Positions 40,677 to 50,546 are shown, counted from the stretch's first letter. The stretch: DNA of 50,631 nucleotides from an uncultured Clostridia bacterium (GCA_964400545.1 CAYNUG010000004.1:1-50631); one strand, 5' to 3'. A program made the numbers and translations. The notes: a model not told the origin generated them from the sequence alone.

Positions 40677-41327
40677 ATGAAAAGGAAAGAGAGAGAACAT
40701 CTCAAAGAAGATCCATTTGCAAATTTTATTCAGTTGGTTATTGAAAAATTCGAAAAATTCAGGAGAGAGATATTTATTATATCCGGAGTTCTCGTAGTCA
40801 TCGTTCTAATTATAATAGCTGTTCTACTACTAAGGTCCGGTTCCATCTCCAAAGATAATCAGAATTTTGCATCGGCACTTGAGATCTGGAATTCTACGAC
40901 TATGACATCCGATCAGAAGATAGAGGAACTGTCATCTTTAAAAAAAGATAAGGGTATATCATCTGTGATAACTTTCTACATGGCCTCACTCTATTATGAA
41001 AAAGAAGATTTTTTAAAAGCGAAAGAGGTCCTTTCCGAATACAAAGGGAATAATAAGCTTTTAGATGACCAAAAAAAGCTTCTGGATGCTGAACTTTATA
41101 TTGCACTAAAAGAAGTAAAGAAAGGACTCGATATACTTCACCAGTTGCTCTCGGACTCAAGATCAGAGATCACAAAAGATTTTCTCCTTCTCAGGATCGC
41201 TAAGATCAATATAAAGGAAGGGCTGAAAAAAAGTGCAAAAGAAAACTTGATCAGATTAATGAATCAATTTCCTCAATCAATATACACCAGAGAAGCACAA
41301 GTTCTTTTATCCGGTTTTTCAGAATAA
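40677..41327 (+). CDS. YfgM-like membrane-anchored tetratricopeptide repeat protein
   Basis: KRKEREHLKEDPF N-terminus, single TM, TPR helices ending QFPQSIYTREA; GAGG RBS before ATG 40677. Confidence 0.78.
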   Translation: MKRKEREHLKEDPFANFIQLVIEKFEKFRREIFIISGVLVVIVLIIIAVLLLRSGSISKDNQNFASALEIWNSTTMTSDQKIEELSSLKKDKGISSVITFYMASLYYEKEDFLKAKEVLSEYKGNNKLLDDQKKLLDAELYIALKEVKKGLDILHQLLSDSRSEITKDFLLLRIAKINIKEGLKKSAKENLIRLMNQFPQSIYTREAQVLLSGFSE

Positions 41328-41341
41328 TTATTATATAGCAG

Positions 41342-42871
41342 TTATTTCTTATTATTATTTGAAAATTTTTCTTTTACGATCTCGGTAACTTTTCTAAAAT
41401 TAACTTTCCCGCTTCCCATCTTCGGAAGTTCATCCATAACCAGAAAATTTTTCGGTAAAGCAATAGAGGGGAGATCGGATGCCATTTCTTTCAAAATACT
41501 TTTCTCGTCGATCGGTTTTGTTATTGCAGCAATGACCTTAGCACCCTTCAAATAGTCGGGGATCTCCACAACACAGCAATCAGTTTCAGGAGGCAGCAGC
41601 TCCGTCAGTACACTTTCAACCTTTACAAGTGATACCATTTCACCACCGATCTTTGCAAATCTCTTTAGACGGCCTCTGTGCCACACATATCCGTCCTCAT
41701 CGATCATACCCATATCTCCAGTGTCATACCATCCGTCTTTGATCCTTAAAGAAGTTTCTTCCAGATCATCGAAATATCCCTTCATTACATGATCACCTTT
41801 CGTAAGCAGTTTCCCTTCCTGCCCTCTGGGGACTTCGTCACCACTATTTATATCTGCGATCTTTACTTTTACGTTTGGCAAAGGTTTCCCGGTACTTCCC
41901 GGCTTGTTTGCATTTGGAAGATTTACAGAGATAACCGGACTTGTCTCGGTGCATCCATATCCTTCCAGAAGAGTTATTCCATGCTTCTTCTTATAACCTT
42001 CACGAAGAAGTTCCGGGCACTTGTCCGCACCTGCAACTGCAATTCTGATCGAAGAAAGCTCTCCCGGCTCGGACTGTCTGAGATACCCGTTGAAGAATAC
42101 CGGGGTTCCCAACATCAGAGATACATTCTCTTCTTTAATTATCTGTACTGTTTTTCTATATTCCAGAGGATTCGGATAAGTAACGACAGTGAGACCTCTC
42201 AACAATGGAAGCCAGAAATTAGTATTGTATCCGAAGACATGGAACAGAGGCAGGTTCCCGAGGAAAATATCATCATTCGATAGTTTAAGACTGTTAAATA
42301 TATCGACAACATTAGCAGCAATGTTCTTATGGGATAACTGAACTGCCTTAGGATCTTTCTCACTTCCTGATGTAAACAAAATCACAACGTTATCCTCTTC
42401 ATGTGCTTTAGGTAAAGATCTTTTTATAAAACTGAACGGCATTTTTGATCTTAGTGCCGCCCTGATCTTATCGAACGGGGAGATCTTCGTCATAATGTCC
42501 TCAATAAATACCATTCCGTGGACGAAACGACATCCGATCTTTTCTACCAGAGCCTTAGATGTTATTATGGTATTAAACCCGCACTTATTCTGTGCATATT
42601 CACAATTCTCTGCTGCACCGGTAGAATAATTGATCATTACAGGGACATTTCCCGACATCAATATTCCCATCGTTGTTAACATTGCACCTGCCGAATTCGG
42701 GATCATAACACCTATAAAACCTTTTTTATAACTTTTGAATTTTTCAGAAAGCATGAGTGAGGCAATAAGAGCTTTCCCAAAATTAACCTTAGATTCTCTT
42801 CCTCTGTCAATTATCGCATATTTTTTTCCGTTCTTTTTAGCAATCTTGATAAATTCTTCATGTAAGATCAT
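41342..42871 (-). CDS. AMP-binding acyl ligase, Aas (acyl-ACP synthetase) C-terminal-domain type
   Basis: VILFTSGSEKDPKAVQLSH, EGYGCTETSP, WYDTGD, GRLKRFAKIGGEMVSL. Confidence 0.92.
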   Translation of the reverse strand: MILHEEFIKIAKKNGKKYAIIDRGRESKVNFGKALIASLMLSEKFKSYKKGFIGVMIPNSAGAMLTTMGILMSGNVPVMINYSTGAAENCEYAQNKCGFNTIITSKALVEKIGCRFVHGMVFIEDIMTKISPFDKIRAALRSKMPFSFIKRSLPKAHEEDNVVILFTSGSEKDPKAVQLSHKNIAANVVDIFNSLKLSNDDIFLGNLPLFHVFGYNTNFWLPLLRGLTVVTYPNPLEYRKTVQIIKEENVSLMLGTPVFFNGYLRQSEPGELSSIRIAVAGADKCPELLREGYKKKHGITLLEGYGCTETSPVISVNLPNANKPGSTGKPLPNVKVKIADINSGDEVPRGQEGKLLTKGDHVMKGYFDDLEETSLRIKDGWYDTGDMGMIDEDGYVWHRGRLKRFAKIGGEMVSLVKVESVLTELLPPETDCCVVEIPDYLKGAKVIAAITKPIDEKSILKEMASDLPSIALPKNFLVMDELPKMGSGKVNFRKVTEIVKEKFSNNNKK

Positions 42872-42990
42872 ATTACCTCCAGATAAAATATTTTCATTTT
42901 AGAAAAATATAGCATAAATATAATTTTTTTTAAACAAATACAAAATTCTCCCACCACCCACCCCGAAGGGGAAGTACCAATTCTAAATTT

Positions 42991-43030
42991 TGTACACATA
43001 AATGAGGGACGGTTCTCAACTTTGTGTACA
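42991..43030. repeat. Nested inverted repeat TGTACACA-taaa-TGAG-ggacggtt-CTCA-actt-TGTGTACA
   Basis: Seen directly in intergenic DNA. Confidence 0.6.
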
Positions 43031-43047
43031 GTTTCGGATTTAATTAA

Positions 43048-43115
43048 GGCGAAATACCTTTCGCCCCTACGACCTCCGGTCTCATGAACAGGGTAGACGC
43101 AAGGCCTACCCCTAC
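43048..43115 (-). repeat. Two GTAG-type REP-like palindromes (43048-43070, 43091-43115)
   Basis: Minus strand GTAGG-GGCGAAA-ggta-TTTCGCC and GTAG-GGGTAG-gccttgcgt-CTACCC: GTAG foot plus imperfect palindrome. Confidence 0.65.
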
Positions 43116-43212
43116 AATCACTATTATCCTATGCACTAATGATGTTCACGAAGTGAACCAATGACTATCAATGACAAGCCCTATAATTCTAAATTTAAGG
43201 TTTTTATTTTTA

Positions 43213-43254
43213 GCTGAATGCTGAATGCTGAAAGCTGAGGGCTGAAAGCCGAAA
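43213..43254 (+). repeat. Six tandem GCTGA(A/G)N-type heptamers
   Basis: gctgaat gctgaat gctgaaa gctgagg gctgaaa gccgaaa. Confidence 0.85.
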
Positions 43255-43320
43255 ACTTCCATTTCATATCAGCCCCTCAATCCCATATCCCAAACATGCC
43301 GAAGGCTGTGAACTGATGAT

Positions 43321-43349
43321 TTGATACAATTTATGAATGTTGATATAAT
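43321..43349 (+). promoter_or_regulatory. Sigma70-type promoter of the amidase-ppiC-flavin reductase-nuclease operon
   Basis: TTGATA, 17 nt, TG-a-TATAAT; implies the true start is downstream (ATG 43390). Confidence 0.68.
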
Positions 43350-43389
43350 AAAAATTGGCAATTACTATTACAATTATCCGTTTGACCTT

Positions 43390-44727
43390 ATGAAAGCATT
43401 GATCAAATATAAATTAATATACATACTGTTCTTATTGTTATTTATTCCTGTCGGAAACATGAAACTGATCTCCGGGAAAAGAAATGCAGATCTCAAAATA
43501 ATCAACTACCAAAAATATCTCAATAAAGAATTCAAAAAGAGAAAACGGATAAATACAAAATTTATCATAATACATACTTCAGAAGCCGGAAAAGTAAGTA
43601 CATTGAGAACCCTTTCAAGAGGGAAAAGGGTCGGACGGAGAAGGACGAAAGGGGGGCATGCCAATTATACCATTCTGAGAGACGGGAAAATTTACAGGAT
43701 CTTGAATCACATATACAGAGCGGATCATACCGGATTAAGCATGTGGAACGGAATAGATGACCTGAGCTCTCATTCCATAGGTATTGAACTGGTAGGTTAC
43801 CATTACGGAACCATCACCTTTGAACAATACAGATCATTAACCCCTCTCCTCAAAGAACTTCAAGGGATCTATAAAATACCTGACAAGAATATACTTACTC
43901 ACAGCCAGGTTTCATACGGAAAACCCAATTTATGGTTTAAAAGAAATCACAGAGGCAGGAAAAGGTGTGCTCTAAATTTCAACAGGTCCAGAGCCGGACT
44001 GATCGGCAGATGGACATTTGATCCGGACGTACGGGCTGGAAGACTTACCTCGGATTTCCAAACCAGAAAAATATTCTATTCTTCATACAATAATAAAATG
44101 GTAAAGATAGAACCCTCGAAAAAAGAAGAAGTGACCCCGTTGGAACAAACAGTCGAAGAAAGTAAGAAAGAAGCCGTCCGTACATCAAATATAATAAATC
44201 ATGACAATACCGCATGGAATATTGCCGGTGAAGATTATGACGATCCGGAAACACTATATATCCTTCCCTCCGGGAAAAAAATAAGAGGCAATAATGCCGG
44301 AGCCCTGATAGGATGGGGAAATATCCCCCGGGGAACCCGAGTGGTCCTGAATCAACCTGAAGAAATTGAAACGTCCCGTGGCCCTATCTTTACTATTTCC
44401 GGAAACCTTACAGCATGGAGTTATGCGGGGAAAGAGTATAAAAAAAGATCAACATTCTATATATTCCCGAACAATAAGATCAAGAACGGTACAAAGATAA
44501 AAGACTGGGACTCACTTCCGTCCGGGGTCAGAATGATAATCGGATACAAAGGCCCTTTCATCCTCGGTGCGAGGAAGGGAAGGACAGCATGGAGCATTGC
44601 AGGAAAAGATTACAACAAAGAGAATACTATATACTATATACCCGGGAAAGGGATCGTAACCGGAAACAAGATGACCTCATTCAGTAACCTTCCTCAATAT
44701 TCAAAGATCTTTTTAAAAGGAGAATAA
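43390..44727 (+). CDS. N-acetylmuramoyl-L-alanine amidase (Amidase_2) with three C-terminal repeats
   Basis: IIIHTSE, HANYTILRDGKIY, ADHTG, SIGIELVG, LTHSQV..RKRC; N-terminal TM/signal. Confidence 0.88.
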   Translation: MKALIKYKLIYILFLLLFIPVGNMKLISGKRNADLKIINYQKYLNKEFKKRKRINTKFIIIHTSEAGKVSTLRTLSRGKRVGRRRTKGGHANYTILRDGKIYRILNHIYRADHTGLSMWNGIDDLSSHSIGIELVGYHYGTITFEQYRSLTPLLKELQGIYKIPDKNILTHSQVSYGKPNLWFKRNHRGRKRCALNFNRSRAGLIGRWTFDPDVRAGRLTSDFQTRKIFYSSYNNKMVKIEPSKKEEVTPLEQTVEESKKEAVRTSNIINHDNTAWNIAGEDYDDPETLYILPSGKKIRGNNAGALIGWGNIPRGTRVVLNQPEEIETSRGPIFTISGNLTAWSYAGKEYKKRSTFYIFPNNKIKNGTKIKDWDSLPSGVRMIIGYKGPFILGARKGRTAWSIAGKDYNKENTIYYIPGKGIVTGNKMTSFSNLPQYSKIFLKGE

Positions 44728-44729
44728 TA

Positions 44730-45005
44730 ATGGAATGGAGAGCAAGCCATATTTTAATAAAAAACAACAGCCTTGCAAATAAAATACTTAAAGACCTGAA
44801 AAGCGGAAAAAAATTTTCTGACCTTGCAAAGGAATTCTCAATATGTCCGAGTAAAAGCAAAGGGGGAGACCTGGGGTGGTTCGGCCCCGGACAGATGGTA
44901 AAAGAATTTGAAGAATCTGTAAAAAAGCAATCTAACGGAAGTATCAGTAGAATTGTAAGGACCAAATTTGGCCTCCACATCATAAAAAAAACAGGACAGC
45001 GATGA
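44730..45005 (+). CDS. ppiC: Parvulin-type peptidyl-prolyl cis-trans isomerase
   Basis: RASHILIK, FSDLAKEFSICPSKSKGGDLGWF.PGQMVKEFE, TKFGLHIIK. Confidence 0.95.
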   Translation: MEWRASHILIKNNSLANKILKDLKSGKKFSDLAKEFSICPSKSKGGDLGWFGPGQMVKEFEESVKKQSNGSISRIVRTKFGLHIIKKTGQR

Positions 45006-45607
45006 CCGGAAAGAGTGTAAAAAAAACGATCTGGAAAGGGGGGACAATGATCTATCCTCTCCCGACACCAATGATCACATGCGGAGATATTGACGGAGAA
45101 TATAACATTATTACTATCGCATGGACAGGAATAATATCGACCGAACCCCCCAGATGTTATATATCGGTAAGACCAAAAAGATATTCACATAAAATGATAA
45201 AAGAGAATGGCGAATTCATAATAAACCTGACCACAAATGAACTCGCCTTTGCGACAGACTGGTGCGGCGTCAAATCCGGAAAGGATACCGATAAGTTCAA
45301 AGAAATGAAATTAACCCCTCAACGTGCCATTGACGTCAAACCTCCTCTTATAGCCGAATCCCCTATAAATCTGGAATGCAGGGTTTTTGATGTTCTGAAT
45401 ATGGGATCCCATGATATGTTCATGGCAGACATTCTGCGGATCCATGCAGACGAAGAATATATTGATAAGAAAACCGGCGCTTTCAATCTTAACAAAGCTG
45501 CTCCTATCTGCTATTCACACGGGAAATACTATACTATCGATAAATTCGTTGGGAAATTCGGCTTCTCGGTTAAAAAGAAAAGGAAGAAAAGAAGGAGGAA
45601 AAAATAA
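45002..45607 (+). CDS. Flavin reductase-like (flavoredoxin) FMN-binding protein
   Basis: YPLPTPMITCG, NIITIAWTG, ISVRPKRYSH, PLIAESPINLECRV, GSHDMFMA. Confidence 0.9.
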   Translation: MTGKSVKKTIWKGGTMIYPLPTPMITCGDIDGEYNIITIAWTGIISTEPPRCYISVRPKRYSHKMIKENGEFIINLTTNELAFATDWCGVKSGKDTDKFKEMKLTPQRAIDVKPPLIAESPINLECRVFDVLNMGSHDMFMADILRIHADEEYIDKKTGAFNLNKAAPICYSHGKYYTIDKFVGKFGFSVKKKRKKRRRKK

Positions 45608-46482
45608 TGGCCGGATACAGTTATTCATCTCTTTCAAACTTCGATAATTGCCCGAGAGCTTTCGAGTTCAGATATATCAAAAAAATACCCGAGGCATTCC
45701 AATCGATAGAAGCTTTTATGGGAAGTACTGTCCATTCAGTGCTTGAGATGATCTACCGGAACAGGGATATAGGGCTGACAACCGACGAATTGGAACTGCC
45801 GGGAATATTCAGGAAGATATGGGACAACACATATAATGAAAAGATCAAAATAATAAAAAGTGAGAATGATATTCTTTATTATATTGATCGGGGGATCAGA
45901 TTACTCACCGGATATTATAAAAACTCATTTATAAATGATACAAGCAAGACCATCTCGCTGGAAGAAAAGTTCAAGATCAATCTGAAGGAAGGAACAGAAT
46001 TCAGGGGAATAATCGACAGGCTTTCAAGGACAAATGATGGCATCCTCCGGGTAACAGATTTTAAGACCGGATCAGTCTCAGGTCCCCTCGAGAATCTCCA
46101 GCTCCCATCCTATGCACTCTATATTTTTGATACAAATAATGAAGCAGAGATAGAACTCTGTATTGAGGACCTGAAGCAGAAAGAAACAAAAATTGCCAAA
46201 GTAAAAAAAGAGATCGCAAAAAGTACAAGAAATAAACTTATTTCAAAGATCAGCGTAATTGAAAAAACCACTGAGTTTAAAGCTATTTCCGGCCCACTAT
46301 GCAGATGGTGCGGCTACAATGAGATCTGTTCTGATTATCTAAAAAAAAAGGACAGTGATCCCGGAGAGATCAAATACTGCCCGAAATGCGGAAGTCCTCT
46401 GAGGGAAAGGAATGGGAAGTTCGGGAAATTCCTTGGATGCAGTTCTTATCCACAATGCACCTTCACGAGAAAGATGGAATAA
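45607..46482 (+). CDS. PD-(D/E)XK (RecB/AddB-like) nuclease with predicted Fe-S cluster and C-terminal topoisomerase-type C4 zinc finger
   Basis: YSYSSLSNFDNCP, GSTVH, RGIIDRL, TDFKTG, QLPSYAL, CRWCGYNEIC, CPKCGSPL..FLGCSSYPQC. Confidence 0.88.
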   Translation: MAGYSYSSLSNFDNCPRAFEFRYIKKIPEAFQSIEAFMGSTVHSVLEMIYRNRDIGLTTDELELPGIFRKIWDNTYNEKIKIIKSENDILYYIDRGIRLLTGYYKNSFINDTSKTISLEEKFKINLKEGTEFRGIIDRLSRTNDGILRVTDFKTGSVSGPLENLQLPSYALYIFDTNNEAEIELCIEDLKQKETKIAKVKKEIAKSTRNKLISKISVIEKTTEFKAISGPLCRWCGYNEICSDYLKKKDSDPGEIKYCPKCGSPLRERNGKFGKFLGCSSYPQCTFTRKME

Positions 46483-46495
46483 GATCACAGAGTAT

Positions 46496-47428
46496 TTATA
46501 ACAGAAGTTCTTTGATCTTTCCCGTTTCTCTTTTCATCAGTCTGTAACCTTCTTCTATTGCTTCATCTGCCCGGTCAAAATCGAAAAGTCTGAAATCTCC
46601 GAGTCGCGGTTCAATAACAATATCTGGCGGATCAGTTTGAAATGCGTTCTTTGTTATGCTCCTCTGCATAATGTGAGCAGAGTTATCAATAATCTCCAGA
46701 ATATTAGGAATATGTTCCTTAGAAAGGATATTATCAAATTTCGTCCTGATAGCTCCGCTGATCTCTTTGTATTTCTCTTCCAACATTTCCGGAATACGTT
46801 TGTTCCGGTCTGTATCTTCATCACTCCCGGGATTCGTTCTGAGCCCCACTCGTTCTTTACCGTTGGTATTTCCTTCAACTATACAATTGTTAAGATCAAC
46901 TGCAATAACAACATCCGCCCCCATCTTACGGACAATATTTACAGGAACCGGATTAACTATACCCCCATCAACAAGTACCCTGTCCCCATATTTGAATGGA
47001 GTAAATACCCCGGGTATGGCTACACTTGCTCTTACTGCATCCATTACTTTTCCTGAATCAAATCTCATTTCATCTCCGGTTAAAACATCAGCTGCAACTG
47101 CACAAAAAGGTATCGGAAGATCTTCCAAAAGAATGTTCTCGTAATACTTTGAAAGTATTCTGAACAATTTTTTCCCCCGGATAAATCCACTCCCCGGAAT
47201 AATAACATCAAGATATGATACTATTTTTTTCCAATCCAGACTTCTTGCAAATTTTTCAAATTTTTCAAGATCTCCTAAGGAATAAACCGCTCCGACAACA
47301 GACCCGATCGATGTGCCCGAAATAAAATCAACACTGATCCCCGCTTCATCCAGAGCATTGAGGACCCCAATATGGGCCCATCCACGAGAAGCACCGCTTC
47401 CGAGTGCTATACCCAGTTTTTTTCTCAT
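46496..47428 (-). CDS. Patatin-like phospholipase (RssA/NTE family)
   Basis: LGSGASRGWAHIG, GTSIG, ASVAIPG, LVDGG. Confidence 0.94.
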   Translation of the reverse strand: MRKKLGIALGSGASRGWAHIGVLNALDEAGISVDFISGTSIGSVVGAVYSLGDLEKFEKFARSLDWKKIVSYLDVIIPGSGFIRGKKLFRILSKYYENILLEDLPIPFCAVAADVLTGDEMRFDSGKVMDAVRASVAIPGVFTPFKYGDRVLVDGGIVNPVPVNIVRKMGADVVIAVDLNNCIVEGNTNGKERVGLRTNPGSDEDTDRNKRIPEMLEEKYKEISGAIRTKFDNILSKEHIPNILEIIDNSAHIMQRSITKNAFQTDPPDIVIEPRLGDFRLFDFDRADEAIEEGYRLMKRETGKIKELLL

Positions 47429-47537
47429 TTAATTATCTCCCCGGCCATTCTAACCGAATGATCTTCAAATTTCCATTTCCTGCAAAGAACAAAATCAGTT
47501 ATAATAATATTGAACTACGAATACTCAGGAGGCTGAG

Positions 47538-48188
47538 ATGAAAAATTTCACACAGGATGATTCAAAGGTCGAAGTTACAGGAACCGAAGCAAAATATTAT
47601 GATACCTTCATGAATATCATAAGTCTCGGGACCTATCCTTCATTCATTAAGAAAGCTATAAGGGACATGAAATTAAAAGAAGGTGAGGAAATCCTGGATC
47701 TGGGATGCGGCACCGGCAGAAATGATTGCCTGATGCTCAAATATATAGGCGACAAAGGAAAGATCACAGGGATAGAAATAGGCGAAGAAATGAAGAAAAA
47801 ATTCCTGGCAAATTGTAATAAACCGAATGTCGATCTTATTAATAACAGGATAGATCATCCTTTTGATTTGCAGAAAAAATTTGATACGATCTTTATCTCA
47901 TTTGTTCTTCATGGATTTATCCAGGAAAAAAGAGAGATCATTATCAACAATGCGAAAAATTCCCTTAAACCGGGAGGAAGATTCATAATCCTTGATTATA
48001 ATGAATTTGATATTGACAGATCAGGTTTTATAACAAGATTTGCCATTAGAAAAATGGAATGCCCGTTGGCAGAAGATTTTATTAACCGGGACATTAAATC
48101 AGTATTGAAGAAAGTGGGTTTCAATAGTTTCTCCGAAGATCTTTATTATGGGAAAAAGGTAAGACTTTTAACAGCCGGACTTAACTGA
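47538..48188 (+). CDS. Class I SAM-dependent methyltransferase (UbiE-like)
   Basis: ILDLGCGTG, FDTIFISFVLH, LKPGGRFIILDY; GGAGG RBS. Confidence 0.9.
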   Translation: MKNFTQDDSKVEVTGTEAKYYDTFMNIISLGTYPSFIKKAIRDMKLKEGEEILDLGCGTGRNDCLMLKYIGDKGKITGIEIGEEMKKKFLANCNKPNVDLINNRIDHPFDLQKKFDTIFISFVLHGFIQEKREIIINNAKNSLKPGGRFIILDYNEFDIDRSGFITRFAIRKMECPLAEDFINRDIKSVLKKVGFNSFSEDLYYGKKVRLLTAGLN

Positions 48189-48308
48189 TTTCTTATTCTG
48201 AAATAAAAACAATCTGCACAGGGTCAATGGTATTTCAAAAACAATATCATTATTACCAGACACCTTCTGTTCCGGAAAAACAGATCCGGCTGACATTAAT
48301 TTGAAAAA

Positions 48309-49361
48309 ATGGAAAAACTCAAAAGTGAAATAAGAGATCTTCCAGGGAGAGTTCCCTATCTGGATTATTTCCGCGGAATTATTATTCTATTAATGATACA
48401 GGGACACACATTCAGGGCTCTTCTGGACAAAAGTGTTAAAGCGGGATCATGGTTCGAAATTCACGAATTCATTCATGGAGTTGTTGCACCCGGTTTTCTT
48501 TTCCTCGCAGGATTTCTTTTCTATCACACAATTCATAATAAAGAAATGCCCCGACTTATTCAAAAAGGGAAACATATTTTCGGTGTTATCATTCTGGGAT
48601 ATTTTCTTCATCTCCCATTCTTCTCTTTGCAGAAGATCATCCATCTCTGGGGAACCGGGATTGAATACAAATTCTTAAATATGGATATCCTTCAGACAAT
48701 AGGATATTCACTCCTGATCGTCCTGCTGATCTGGATCCTGATAAGAAAGTACTTTATTTTTACCGTTATTCTTATGATGTCTGCAGACATAATTTTTCTA
48801 ATGTTTAAAATCATTCCGGATAATATATTTCTTGCATCATTTTTTGATAAAAGCATATCGCAGTTTCCCCTTTTCCCCTGGTCTTTCTTCCTTTTATTGG
48901 GAATTCTAACGTCACGGTTCGTTAAAAAATTCAATCCCGCAGTTTTACTATTCTCCTTACTTCTCCTTTTTACCGCAGGTCTTTTCCCCGATGTTCTGTT
49001 CCGTACAATTTCGGATTCGGGAAAAGTGCTGTTCCTGTTTTCCGTAGTTCAACTTCTTCCTGAAACATCATCGAAACCTCTTACCTTATTCCTCAAAGCA
49101 TCAAGAGAAAGTCTTTTCCTGTATATGTCTCATCTGATGATCGTTTATGGTTCGGTCTTAAATCCGGGATTGAACTATTTTTTTAAAGACTCACTCAGTT
49201 TCCCGATCACAACATCGGTATTTATTGCACTTGCGGTCACTGTTTACTCATTTTCATATTTACTAACCGGAATTAAATCAAAAAATCCGGGGTCATTCAA
49301 CAGGTTTAAATATTCCGTTTATACTTTTCTAACAATAATTTTTATTTTTAGAAAATGGTAA
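48309..49361 (+). CDS. DUF1624 / heparan-alpha-glucosaminide N-acetyltransferase-like membrane acyltransferase
   Basis: LDYFRGIIILLMIQGH, VAPGFLFLAG, MDILQTIG, FPLFPW; about 10 TMs. Confidence 0.82.
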   Translation: MEKLKSEIRDLPGRVPYLDYFRGIIILLMIQGHTFRALLDKSVKAGSWFEIHEFIHGVVAPGFLFLAGFLFYHTIHNKEMPRLIQKGKHIFGVIILGYFLHLPFFSLQKIIHLWGTGIEYKFLNMDILQTIGYSLLIVLLIWILIRKYFIFTVILMMSADIIFLMFKIIPDNIFLASFFDKSISQFPLFPWSFFLLLGILTSRFVKKFNPAVLLFSLLLLFTAGLFPDVLFRTISDSGKVLFLFSVVQLLPETSSKPLTLFLKASRESLFLYMSHLMIVYGSVLNPGLNYFFKDSLSFPITTSVFIALAVTVYSFSYLLTGIKSKNPGSFNRFKYSVYTFLTIIFIFRKW

Positions 49362-49372
49362 TTAACAAACGA

Positions 49373-50467
49373 TTATCTGTTTTTAGGAATTACTTTTCCT
49401 TCTAATGTCAGATAAGATCCGGAAAGATTTGCGGTCAGACAGGAATGTACAGGGATAATCCCGATAATGTCACCAATCGATATCGAATTAAAAAAACCCT
49501 CATCCACCTTTATAACCGAGTGTTCCTGAGAAACAGAAGTTACAAATGCTTTATCTGAGAACCTGTCCCATCCGTCCGCTTTAATATGTACCGGTCTGCC
49601 AAAGATGGTTATACCTGAGGGATTTTCCAGTCTCTCTTTTGAAAGCCGGACTGCTCCGCCATACACGACAATTTCCCCTCTGCTCAAATTTTTTGAGATG
49701 ACCGGAGTTGCCAGAACAACTGCAATATCATCAAATCCACATGAACCGAGTTCCAGTTGCATAAGATCATAGAAAACAAAGTTACCCGGTCTGACCTCAT
49801 CAACACCGGAAATATCATCCGCGATAGATATGGAAGGAGTATCACCGACAGAAATTATCAGATCGGGGAATTCTCTTTTATATTTATTTTTCAATCCGTT
49901 AAGTTTGATCTTTGCTTCTTTAAAAATGTTCTCGATCTCCGATCTTGAACCCGCATTATAACTATGTCCCGCATGGGTAAGGAATCCGGCAAAATCAAGA
50001 TATTTTCCGCTTGCAATTATATTTAACACTTGATCAATGGTGGAAAGATCATCAAAGCGAATTCCGGTTCTGTGGTATCCTGTATCGATCTTGATAAAAA
50101 CCGATGCTCTGCCTGAAAGTTTATTATTTAGAAATCGGGCTACTTCAAACGAGTCAACGAGGAGATTGAGTTTTACTCCGGCTTTAAGGAGATCATTTAT
50201 CTTTTCGATCTCAAGGATATTTACAGTCAAGGCAACGGTAATATCATCCCATCCGTCTTCAGCAAAATACCGTGCCATGTTAATAGAAGAAACAGTTATC
50301 CTGTCAACCCCTTCATCTCGAAACCACCTGCCGATCTCAATTGAATTGTGTGTCTTGAAATGGGGTCTGAAGATCACATCCGCCCCGGTGGCTTTCTTCT
50401 GCATTGATCTTATATTTGAGCGGCATTTCTTTTCATCAAGAATAAAAGTTGGTTCTGTTATATCCAT
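49373..50467 (-). CDS. Fold-type III PLP enzyme, D-threonine aldolase / D-serine dehydratase (DSD1) family
   Basis: FRPHFKTH, IKIDTGYHRTG, LTHAGH, SVGDTPS, EVRPGNFVFYD, QEHSV, PVHSCLTAN; start taken at ATG 50467. Confidence 0.9.
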   Translation of the reverse strand: MDITEPTFILDEKKCRSNIRSMQKKATGADVIFRPHFKTHNSIEIGRWFRDEGVDRITVSSINMARYFAEDGWDDITVALTVNILEIEKINDLLKAGVKLNLLVDSFEVARFLNNKLSGRASVFIKIDTGYHRTGIRFDDLSTIDQVLNIIASGKYLDFAGFLTHAGHSYNAGSRSEIENIFKEAKIKLNGLKNKYKREFPDLIISVGDTPSISIADDISGVDEVRPGNFVFYDLMQLELGSCGFDDIAVVLATPVISKNLSRGEIVVYGGAVRLSKERLENPSGITIFGRPVHIKADGWDRFSDKAFVTSVSQEHSVIKVDEGFFNSISIGDIIGIIPVHSCLTANLSGSYLTLEGKVIPKNR

Positions 50468-50546
50468 TTTTCCCATTCCCGATTGTATTACTTCCGACAC
50501 AATATTTCCACTTTCACCAACCCCATACCCTAAATCCCATCCGATG

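Noticed and set aside
42991-43030. Miniature IS (MITE) with TGTACACA terminal repeats
   Set aside because: Only 8-bp arms, no target-site duplication identified and no transposase; kept only as an inverted repeat.
43321-43389. Track start of the amidase at TTG 43321
   Set aside because: That TTG is the -35 box of a TTGATA-17-TATAAT promoter; ATG 43390 gives a proper signal/TM N-terminus.
45607-46482. CRISPR-associated Cas4 / CRISPR locus
   Set aside because: No cas1/cas2 and no repeat-spacer array; the tandem repeats seen are coding repeats or heptamers without unique spacers.
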